This document shows positions 19,770 to 27,360 of a stretch of 64,000 nucleotides of DNA, in pieces. Under the pieces are notes generated by a model, which did no database searches, was not told the origin of the DNA, and saw only the letters and a program-made list of their open reading frames with translations. How positions within the stretch are numbered: the first letter of the stretch is position 1; the number at the start of each line of letters is the position of its first letter. The translations under genes were made by a program, and so were the position numbers. Source of the DNA: an uncultured Candidatus Saccharibacteria bacterium (GTDB taxonomy: Bacteria > Patescibacteriota > Doudnabacteria > UBA920); contig CAZKVS010000003.1 of assembly GCA_964556325.1 (NCBI GenBank), forward strand, positions 4,219-68,218, read 5' to 3'.

Positions 19770-19976
19770 ATGGACGAACAAGAAAAAGCATATATAGACA
19801 AAAAGTTCTCGGAACTAGAGAACAAGCTCATAAACCCAGACCCTAAAGAACTCTGGGAACGCTCTAAAAAATACCGGAGCATGTCTTACTCGTACAGCCT
19901 CAAGGCAGGACTCATTGCCCTGGTAGTAGTCGGCCTCACAATTATAATCACTTTTCGCGTACTAGGACTTTTCTAA
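19770..19976 (+). CDS. small C-terminal-TM protein, paralog A (MDEQEKAYIDKKFSE...)
   Basis: 68 aa from ATG 19770; paralogous to 25573-25785. Confidence 0.5.
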   Translation: MDEQEKAYIDKKFSELENKLINPDPKELWERSKKYRSMSYSYSLKAGLIALVVVGLTIIITFRVLGLF

Positions 19977-20015
19977 TTTTTTTCAAACCAAGTTCACACT
20001 AGGCAAAAAAGCTCA

Positions 20016-20044
20016 TTGACTTAGCTAGGCCTTTTGTTTATAAT
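20016..20044 (+). promoter_or_regulatory. consensus sigma70 promoter TTGACT-17-TATAAT
   Basis: TTGACT 20016-20021, 17-nt spacer, TATAAT 20039-20044. Confidence 0.45.
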
Positions 20045-20051
20045 AGCCTAG

Positions 20052-20135
20052 CAATTACGCATTGCCCCACGCCTGACACAGCAGGTGCTGGACTAGTCTT
20101 TCCTACCCAAGCTGTGTAGGATTTTTTATTTGAAA
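20052..20135 (+). ncRNA. candidate ~80-nt sRNA/leader between consensus promoter and hairpin+U-tract
   Basis: promoter at 20016-20044, 5' hairpin gcaat-tacgc-attgc, 3' cctac..gtagg + attttttattt. Confidence 0.3.
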
Positions 20136-20169
20136 AGCATGGCGCTCGCGCTTAGCGCGAGTAATACCA

Positions 20170-20244
20170 CGCTTAGCGTGGTGCCCGTAGCTCAATGGTA
20201 GAGCACCGCTCTGTGGCAGCGGCTACGCGGGTCCGATTCCCGTC
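20170..20244 (+). tRNA. tRNA-His (GTG) with encoded G-1 and CCA
   Basis: hand-folded cloverleaf; anticodon loop CTGTGGC; acceptor GTGCCCG/CGGGCAC. Confidence 0.85.
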
Positions 20245-20246
20245 GG

Positions 20247-20277
20247 GCACCCCATCAAAATCACTAGTGAAGGCTAG
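20247..20277 (+). terminator. terminator aaatcactag-tgaagg-ctagtgattt + T-run
   Basis: 10-bp stem immediately after tRNA-His. Confidence 0.55.
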
Positions 20278-20299
20278 TGATTTTTGTTATCCTTAAGCC

Positions 20300-20815
20300 A
20301 TGAGAATTATCATGGACGATAAAGAAGTGGCTCAGTTAGTACCTGATAGTTTGCCTATACTCATTCACGGAGTGGAGGGCTCAGGTGCTTCTATGTATAC
20401 CATTGCCTTAGCGGCGCAGTGGTTCAAGCAGGGGTATAAAATATTATTTCTTTGCGGGTACCCAATGGCGGAAGAGGAATTTACAAGACTTGTCGGGGAA
20501 CATACATCGGCCGTCTTCTACACCAAAGATAATGTTGAGAATTTTAAAAAAGAAGTCGTAGATTCAGATACAATCGTTATAGTTAAAAACATCGAATTAT
20601 TCGGAGCCGATATTGTAAACTCTGTTACGACGAAGTGCCTCATCGTCTCTGGCAACCTTAACAAATGCAGCTTCAAAGAAGAATTACTTACACTGACTTT
20701 TGTATCGGAAGTATATTTTTCAGGGCTTGACGACAAAAGCTTCCCCGAACTAAAAAAATACGAGGGGTTAGTTATATCTGGAGAGCTTAAAGGCATAACA
20801 AAGCTTGAGCAATGA
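20300..20815 (+). CDS. hypothetical RecA/KaiC-like degenerate P-loop protein (Walker A lysine missing)
   Basis: ILIHGVEGSGASMYTIALAAQW (GxxGxGAS), DTIVIV Walker-B-like. Confidence 0.4.
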   Translation: MRIIMDDKEVAQLVPDSLPILIHGVEGSGASMYTIALAAQWFKQGYKILFLCGYPMAEEEFTRLVGEHTSAVFYTKDNVENFKKEVVDSDTIVIVKNIELFGADIVNSVTTKCLIVSGNLNKCSFKEELLTLTFVSEVYFSGLDDKSFPELKKYEGLVISGELKGITKLEQ

Positions 20816-20895
20816 GACTACTCTAACAAACTATACTATGCGAACACAGACAAAACACACTAGTTTGAACTAGTGTGTTTTGGTATGCTTAGGGC

Positions 20896-21660
20896 ATGGA
20901 AATTGGTACTCAAAAATTTACAATAGTAACCTACAATATTTTTGACGGAAGAAATACTGAGAGAATAATTACTAACATTCTGCAGCTCATTCAAAACGGC
21001 GCTTCGGTTATATGTTTACAAGAAGTTCGGCAGGTGTATCGCAACGTAGAATTTGCTACACTCTTAGCTGAACGCTTACCAAAACACTTTAGCTCCAAAT
21101 ATTTTCTAGAGGGCGACGCGCGTTGGTTTGACTACGGCTTGGGCATACTGTTGGACGACAATGTCTTTTCATCTTCCGCCTTTCATCAGCTCCCACTACC
21201 CGAACAAAGCCACCTCACGTTTTGGAATAAACTGTTTTACTGGATCTTGGGACTGGAGCCAAAAATTATTAAGCGCGGGGCGCTCATTGGAACTTTCACA
21301 TGTGGAACAAAGAAAATTCGCATTACTAACCTGCACTTAGACTTTCAGGGTGGTAATAGTCACAGAGCAAACCAACTTATATCTCTTACGGACTTTCTTG
21401 CAACCCAAGAACCAATGGAGTATGAAATAGTATGCGGAGACTTCAATACGCTGGGTCTCTTTGGTAAGAAAAATAAAGTCCTCACCCTTGAGCAACAACT
21501 GGGAAATAAATTTCAAAGCGCCCTGAGTGGGCCATACTCTAGTGCACTTATGCAACAATTAGATTATATATTCCTCAAAAACTTGGACGATCGTAAAGCA
21601 CAAATCTTAAAATTAAAAGGTTCAGATCATCGTCCCCTACTAGCGGAACTAAATCTATAA
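20896..21660 (+). CDS. endonuclease/exonuclease/phosphatase (EEP) family protein
   Basis: TYNIFDG..ICLQEV N-terminus, SDHRPLLAEL C-terminus. Confidence 0.75.
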   Translation: MEIGTQKFTIVTYNIFDGRNTERIITNILQLIQNGASVICLQEVRQVYRNVEFATLLAERLPKHFSSKYFLEGDARWFDYGLGILLDDNVFSSSAFHQLPLPEQSHLTFWNKLFYWILGLEPKIIKRGALIGTFTCGTKKIRITNLHLDFQGGNSHRANQLISLTDFLATQEPMEYEIVCGDFNTLGLFGKKNKVLTLEQQLGNKFQSALSGPYSSALMQQLDYIFLKNLDDRKAQILKLKGSDHRPLLAELNL

Positions 21661-21701
21661 ATCTTGATGGTAACCTTTGCGCAACTACCACACAATCACT
21701 C

Positions 21702-22388
21702 TTGTATATATTAGTAACAAGAGATTGTATTTGCTACTATGAGCCTATGCTATATATAAAAGAAAACTACGAACTACTGTACGGAAGGACTCCGGATGCA
21801 TCTGCATATGGAAAGCCGTCAGACTTAGCCGTAAAAATTACTGGCATATTGCCGGGTGGTAAAATTTTAGACTTAGGCGCCGGCGATGGCAGGCAGGCAT
21901 TGTACTTAGCAGCACAGGGCTTTGAAGTTACAGCAGTAGACTTGTCCGAAGCAGCATTGGAAAAACTGCAACGGCTTGCGGCACAACAAGGGTTAAAAAT
22001 TACCACAGAATTAGCTGACCTCAATTCCTGGTCAATGCACAATGAGTACGATGCTATTCTTGCCATAGCTGTTTTACAACACTTAAAACACGACTCGGCG
22101 CTACGAATATTAAACGAAATAAAGGCGCGTACAAATCCAGGTGGCGTGAACATAATTACCGCATTTACAAAGACTGGCGATAGGTATGTAGTGGACAGAG
22201 TAGAAGACCCGGAAGCGTTTTACCCCGAAGACAACTGGCTGCAAGAGTTCTATGGCGACTGGCACATAACAGAACACAGTTTCATTACCACCAAAGAAAA
22301 AAGAGTGTTGGAATCTACCGGCTTGCCAATGCAAAGCACAATTGAAAGAATGTTTGCTCAAAAGCCCTCGCCGGAAGAATCAAACTGA
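21702..22388 (+). CDS. class I SAM-dependent methyltransferase (TehB-like); start possibly 21747
   Basis: ILDLGAGDGRQALYLAAQGFEVTAVDLSEAAL motif I/II. Confidence 0.7.
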   Translation: MYILVTRDCICYYEPMLYIKENYELLYGRTPDASAYGKPSDLAVKITGILPGGKILDLGAGDGRQALYLAAQGFEVTAVDLSEAALEKLQRLAAQQGLKITTELADLNSWSMHNEYDAILAIAVLQHLKHDSALRILNEIKARTNPGGVNIITAFTKTGDRYVVDRVEDPEAFYPEDNWLQEFYGDWHITEHSFITTKEKRVLESTGLPMQSTIERMFAQKPSPEESN

Positions 22389-22405
22389 CATGAGGCCATA
22401 AGCGC

Positions 22406-22447
22406 ACTCCCCTATACAAAGGTGGCCATGGTATAGGGGAGTTTTAA
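22406..22447 (+). terminator. terminator with perfect 12-bp stem actcccctatac/gtataggggagt
   Basis: long stem + tttaaatt after methyltransferase stop. Confidence 0.5.
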
Positions 22448-22571
22448 ATTCCGGGTTTTAAGTTTGCTATATCCCCTTCTGTAGAAAACGTGTACACTGT
22501 ATAGACAGAGCTCGGAAGCACGTAGCTTTTGAGGTATAAACACTCTACATTAGCATATAATATATTTATAT

Positions 22572-23228
22572 ATGGCAGATTTTAAAAGACCCGGTGGTGG
22601 GTTTGGCGGTAACAAAGGCAGAGGCGGATTTGGCGATAAACGCGGTGGCGGACGCCCAAGCTTCGGTGGCAGGCCGTCATTTGGCGGAGGTCGCGATGAC
22701 CGACGTTCAGAAATGTTCACTGCTACCTGTAGCGACTGCGGTAACGAATGCCAAGTCCCCTTCCGTCCCAACGGCAGCAAGCCAGTGTACTGCGACAACT
22801 GCTTTAGCTCCAAACGTGACGGCTATTCCAACGACTTCGCTAACGGCGGCGCGCCAAAGCACCGATCCCAGCAACCAGACACCTTTTCTTTTGGCGCACC
22901 CGCACCTAAGCAAGCACCAGTTCAAGCTGCAACAACGGCCCTGAGCGATAAACGCATAGACGAGCTCAAAAAACAGGTAGACGCGCTGAGTGCGAAAATA
23001 GACAAGCTGTTACACATTGCACAGAACGGACCACAACCAAAAACAACTTCGTCCGCTCCCGCAGCTCCGACATCGCCCGCTCCTGTTGCTCTTAAGACTC
23101 TTACCCCAACACCGAAACCTGCAGAAAAAACAGTGGCACCCAAAGTTGCCAAACCAGCTACAGCTCAGGCCAAGAAGGCCCCTGCCAAGACTCCGGCTAA
23201 GAAAAAAGTAGCCGCGAAAAAGAAGTAG
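22572..23228 (+). CDS. RGG-rich / CxxC-x19-CxxC zinc-ribbon / Lys-Ala-Pro-rich histone-H1-like tail protein (putative nucleic-acid-binding)
   Basis: FGGNKGRGGFGDKRGGGRPSFGGRPSFGGGR; CSDCGNECQVPFRPNGSKPVYCDNC; KPAEKTVAPKVAKPATAQAKKAPAKTPAKKKVAAKKK. Confidence 0.55.
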   Translation: MADFKRPGGGFGGNKGRGGFGDKRGGGRPSFGGRPSFGGGRDDRRSEMFTATCSDCGNECQVPFRPNGSKPVYCDNCFSSKRDGYSNDFANGGAPKHRSQQPDTFSFGAPAPKQAPVQAATTALSDKRIDELKKQVDALSAKIDKLLHIAQNGPQPKTTSSAPAAPTSPAPVALKTLTPTPKPAEKTVAPKVAKPATAQAKKAPAKTPAKKKVAAKKK

Positions 23229-23335
23229 GGTTTACACTAGAAAGTTTTACTTATTTACGGATTATTTATTTTTGAGGTTTGTCGAACTTACAAAGATATC
23301 TAAGTTATTACTTTTACCATTAAACACGAAACACT

Positions 23336-23566
23336 ATGACTGGCGTAATAGACAAAATGATGGGCGAAGGTAAACTATTTGGCTTCATCAAACCAGACGG
23401 CGAAGCAAAAAACATTTTCTTCCATAAAGACAAGATGGTTGATACAACCGCCTTTGATTCTTTAAAAGAAGGCGTAAAAGTCTCGTTCGACACCGAACTA
23501 GACAACCAGGGACGCACCAACGCGATAAACGTTGCTGTTGTTACCGACGCTGCAGCAGTTGCCTAA
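23336..23566 (+). CDS. cold-shock-domain (OB-fold) protein, divergent
   Basis: GEGKLFGFIKPDG..IFFH resembles the CspA RNP1 region, 76 aa. Confidence 0.55.
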   Translation: MTGVIDKMMGEGKLFGFIKPDGEAKNIFFHKDKMVDTTAFDSLKEGVKVSFDTELDNQGRTNAINVAVVTDAAAVA

Positions 23567-23576
23567 AAACACTGTT

Positions 23577-23606
23577 AAAATCCCGACTCAGAGTCGGGAT
23601 TTTTTG
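23577..23606 (+). terminator. terminator atcccgact-cag-agtcgggat + T6 (core shared with 25814-25832)
   Basis: 9-bp stem + tttttt. Confidence 0.6.
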
Positions 23607-23619
23607 ATATTATATAGAC

Positions 23620-24417
23620 ATGCAAACTATCTCGGTTCTGAGTTGGAATATACAAGGTGACACAAATATTACCGGCCATACATCATTGGCAAAAATAAAA
23701 CCCCACCTACTGGAAACTACCGCGGATATACTTGTTCTCCAAGAAGCACTCCACGCTCAAACAATGCTTTCAAATATTGGTCTAGCGCGTGCATACAACA
23801 CATTTGTTCCGGAATCCAACACCAAACCCAAAACAGGTTTTAATCATTCAGTGGTGCTCAGCACATACCCCATAGAAGAAGCAAGCGAGATTATGTTTCC
23901 GAACTGGGGTCAGCAAAGGTATTTAGAAAGCGTTACAAAAGCGGACATACGTATAGATACGCATATACTCAGAATATATAATTGCCACTTTCCTATTTTC
24001 AGAGCCGGCATAGCTACTCGAGTCAAACTACTGGAATACATACTTGCAGACAGCCTTACACATACAGGCCCCATTATTATATGTGGCGACCTTAACACCA
24101 CCACACCAAAAGAAGGGTGGAGAAAAAAAATTATACAGACCTGGCATATGCAACCCAGTGCAGACAGAATGGTCTACGGCAAAGAAGTGACAGTGGATGA
24201 ACGCGAATTATTTAATACAATCCTAAGTACATATGGTTTTACAGAAGTGCTCAATCTGACCACTTCCACCTGGTCTCCATTTAAAACAAAACATTGGGAA
24301 CTCTTTAACCTCAAACTTGATTGGTTTATGATAAAAAACCTAACTCCTATAGACTACACGCTCGGTCGATACGTGTCCGACCATAGACCTATTGAGGTAC
24401 GATTAAGAGTTGGATAA
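23620..24417 (+). CDS. EEP family protein (second paralog)
   Basis: LSWNIQGD..ADILVLQEA, SDHRPIEVRL. Confidence 0.75.
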   Translation: MQTISVLSWNIQGDTNITGHTSLAKIKPHLLETTADILVLQEALHAQTMLSNIGLARAYNTFVPESNTKPKTGFNHSVVLSTYPIEEASEIMFPNWGQQRYLESVTKADIRIDTHILRIYNCHFPIFRAGIATRVKLLEYILADSLTHTGPIIICGDLNTTTPKEGWRKKIIQTWHMQPSADRMVYGKEVTVDERELFNTILSTYGFTEVLNLTTSTWSPFKTKHWELFNLKLDWFMIKNLTPIDYTLGRYVSDHRPIEVRLRVG

Positions 24418-24527
24418 CGGACCACACTCTCCTACGGCGGCGTTTGCCATGAATATATCCATTTCAAGAACCAAGGAGTATACTATATACAATATTTCCT
24501 TCCATACGTTCTATTCTATATTTTTCC

Positions 24528-25562
24528 ATGTATCATCATAAAATAATTACTCCCGCCCTACTCGTGTTTGCAGGATTTGGAGTTGGTGTGACCATAGCAT
24601 ATAGTACCTACCATAATCATAAACACCCGGATCGAAGCAGCGTGAATCGTAGCACTATTACCAATATTCGTCAGACCAATACTGCTTTTACGTTTATAAA
24701 GCCTCTGCTCAACAGCGAATACGCTTCAAAAGAAGAAAGCGCCCAACGGTACCCATACATCGAAGACATACAAACAACAGTGGAAGCTTACTTGCCCAAG
24801 CACCCAAAGGTCAACGTAGGGTTATTCTTTCTAGACCTTACAAACTCCGCCTGGACAGGCATTAACGAAACAGAACGTTTCGTACCCGCCAGCTTGCTCA
24901 AAGTACCCATGATTATCTCGTACTATAAGCTCCGCGAGACAGAACCTGGTTTGTTTGGAAATAAAATCATTTTTACAGGACCGGACTACAATTCGGTAAA
25001 AAATATAGGCCTCCGTGGCAGTATTAAACCCGGGCAAACGTACTCGGTGGAAGAATTGTTACGAGAAATGATTATTAACTCCGATAACAACGCGCTTGAA
25101 CTGCTCTATGCATACAGAAAAGATGCTCTTTCCACCATTTTCAAAGACCTGGACGCCCCACTGCCTGACAATCAAAAAGACATTGCGCTTACAGATTACC
25201 TTTCCCCCAAAGAAGACAGTAAATTTTTTCTGGTGCTCTATAACGCCTCCTACCTAGACCGACGCAGCTCAGAAGAGGTACTGCGCATTCTTTCCGAAAC
25301 AAATTTTAAAGACGGCATAGTCGCGGGCACTCCCCCCAATACACTGATCAGCCATAAGTTCGGAGAACGCGTCATAGAGGAAGATGGCGTGCCCACCGGG
25401 GAAGAATTTCATGACTGCGGTATTGTGTACTATCCTGGAAAGCCTTACTTTATATGCGTCATGACAAAAGGAAGTAATTTAGAAGAGCAACAGATAGTCG
25501 CAAAAGATATTTCACAGAAAACATTTGAAATTATTTCCACCACAAAGGTAGGCCTGCGCTAA
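24528..25562 (+). CDS. class A beta-lactamase-like serine hydrolase / PBP-like with N-terminal membrane anchor
   Basis: SLLK (SxxK), SDN, HKFG (KTG-like) motifs in order. Confidence 0.6.
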   Translation: MYHHKIITPALLVFAGFGVGVTIAYSTYHNHKHPDRSSVNRSTITNIRQTNTAFTFIKPLLNSEYASKEESAQRYPYIEDIQTTVEAYLPKHPKVNVGLFFLDLTNSAWTGINETERFVPASLLKVPMIISYYKLRETEPGLFGNKIIFTGPDYNSVKNIGLRGSIKPGQTYSVEELLREMIINSDNNALELLYAYRKDALSTIFKDLDAPLPDNQKDIALTDYLSPKEDSKFFLVLYNASYLDRRSSEEVLRILSETNFKDGIVAGTPPNTLISHKFGERVIEEDGVPTGEEFHDCGIVYYPGKPYFICVMTKGSNLEEQQIVAKDISQKTFEIISTTKVGLR

Positions 25563-25572
25563 GTAAATATAT

Positions 25573-25785
25573 ATGGACCAAGAAACGAAAAATTATATAG
25601 ACAGGAAATTTACAGAACAAGCTGCGCACACCGTCGCGGAGCAGCAAGCCGCGCATGACCTCATTGCCTCTAAAAAGAAAAAAGTGCTAGGTATGGTACT
25701 CGTGAGCGCGGGATTTATGCTTCTTCTTCTGTGTGGGATGTTATACCTCTTGTACAAGTTCCAATTGCGCGGATTTTTACAGTAG
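25573..25785 (+). CDS. small C-terminal-TM protein, paralog B (MDQETKNYIDRKFTE...)
   Basis: 70 aa, 10 nt after upstream gene; N-terminal homology to 19770-19976. Confidence 0.5.
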   Translation: MDQETKNYIDRKFTEQAAHTVAEQQAAHDLIASKKKKVLGMVLVSAGFMLLLLCGMLYLLYKFQLRGFLQ

Positions 25786-25800
25786 CTAGTTCATTTCCCC

Positions 25801-25843
25801 AACATAAAACCATCCCGACTCAAAGTCGGGATGGTTTTATGTT
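25801..25843 (+). terminator. terminator with perfect 20-bp inverted repeat around the tcccgactcaaagtcggga core
   Basis: aacataaaaccatcccgact-caa-agtcgggatggttttatgtt. Confidence 0.6.
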
Positions 25844-26438
25844 GACCTGCCTACTACTCCTCGTCCTCTTCATTTTCATCTATGCTTGCGTGTTTGGTTT
25901 TATAACCATAGTACACCGCAATAGCGAGGAGCAAGAAGGTAAACAGTAGAGAAGCGTATTCTTTCATATACATAATTGGTAGTTTACTTACTTATACAAA
26001 TAAGTCAGTAAATTACGAATCGTTACATGAGACGCTATACTGCAGGACCAAGTAGGTACGTATGTACTGCATGGACACCTCGCTTGGTATTTCACTCAGA
26101 AATACCACTTATGACTAAAGTGCGGGGAGTAACTCCGCATAGAGGTATTTTTGGATTTCACGAACCAGCATTACGCTGAATTATATTCCAAAAGTCGACG
26201 AGGTTAGCTGACGGGCTCGGTTATGGAATTTACTTAACATGTAGTTACCCACATGTACTCGCCCCGGCCCCACAAAGTATGGTAGGGAATTTGGTTCCCC
26301 CGCGTTACACTGCCCTATTACGATAGGCAGGTGGTAACTTAGACTTACCTTGAAAGGATTATACGCAGGGCTCCATAAGCTGTCAAACCTCATAAGTGGA
26401 TATCTTTTACCACATTTTTCAAAAAAAAATACCCGTAC

Positions 26439-27140
26439 TTACGGAGAAATATAGAAATACTCATGTGTCATTAAATGACCACCCAGGTCTTCTCCAAAGG
26501 CAATGTAAGGATTTAACCCCTGTAACTGGGAAGCATGGTGCTGCAGCAAGCTAGATTTAAACGCTGAGTCCGCCTGCACGCTGACACTCGGCTCACATAC
26601 ATTTTCATACTCTGCATACACCCCGTGTTTACGCTTCGCCCGCAATAAGCCCATAAGCTCTGTACGGTATGGCTCCGGTGGCAAAGCAAACGCTGCGTAC
26701 AATGCATTGTGCGTTTCTGCAGCTCGGACTGCTGCTGTATATGCAGCCACATGATCCATATGCCCTGTATATCCGTCAGGGCCATAGCCCAACACTATGT
26801 CTGGTTGGTAATTCTGAATTGCGTTCTCAATCTGGCGCATAAAACTTTCAACATGCTCTGATAAACTCCCGTCCGGATATCCGCCAATTTCTACCTGACT
26901 AATGCCAATGGCAGTGGCGGAGGCCAGCAGTTCAGCATGACGAATTCTCTGTAACTGGTCCGCCTCGCACTCATAGGCTAAATACGAACGACCATTCTCA
27001 CCCAAAGTACCGCACACAAGTCTTACCTCTCCCCCACTTTCCACCGCCTGGCGCAATGCGCCGGCAAAATACGTTTCATCGTCCGGATGAGCGGTTACCA
27101 CTAAAATCTTTTTACCGAGAAATGGATTATGATTAAGCAT
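26439..27140 (-). CDS. PIG-L/LmbE-family N-acetylglucosaminyl deacetylase
   Basis: ILVVTAHPDDETYFAG, HxDH region. Confidence 0.8.
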   Translation of the reverse strand: MLNHNPFLGKKILVVTAHPDDETYFAGALRQAVESGGEVRLVCGTLGENGRSYLAYECEADQLQRIRHAELLASATAIGISQVEIGGYPDGSLSEHVESFMRQIENAIQNYQPDIVLGYGPDGYTGHMDHVAAYTAAVRAAETHNALYAAFALPPEPYRTELMGLLRAKRKHGVYAEYENVCEPSVSVQADSAFKSSLLQHHASQLQGLNPYIAFGEDLGGHLMTHEYFYISP

Positions 27141-27360
27141 AGTACAGATAGTTTAAAATAAAAAAACCGCAAATGCGGTACATGCTGTTTGTGTCCAAAT
27201 ACGAACTTATCGACAACACAACACACCGCAGGAAAGCGGGTTACAACACACTATATTTATAGTAAATACTATCTGGCTCTTCATATAGTGCATTTATTAT
27301 ATCATTTTAGAGGTCAATTCACAAGTTTAATTTTTGCACTATATCGGCTAGTATTATTAT

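Noticed and set aside
20052-20135. SRP (4.5S) RNA identity for the short transcript upstream of tRNA-His
   Set aside because: The domain IV hallmark (GGAAG...GCAGC asymmetric loop) is absent.
22550-23211. Overlapping ORFs (22550-22813 minus, 22594-22944, 22707-22925, 22922-23152, 23017-23211) around the RGG/KAP gene
   Set aside because: They are frame and strand shadows of the Gly/Arg- and Ala/Pro/Lys-rich repeats. The 22572-23228 frame alone has a start context and coherent domain order.
25731-25949. 72-aa ORF spanning the 20-bp-stem terminator
   Set aside because: The first half is the out-of-frame overlap with paralog B and the terminator itself. Only a 36-aa hydrophobic mini-ORF after the hairpin could be real, with no support.
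25950-26438. tmRNA or RNase P RNA assignment for the orphan region
   Set aside because: Apart from the GGGCTCCATA decamer, I could not find the tRNA-like 3' end (T-arm + CCA), a tag ORF ending in ALAA-stop, or the other RNase P conserved blocks on either strand. An RNase P placement on the plus strand would overlap the PIG-L gene. Kept only as an unassigned structured region.
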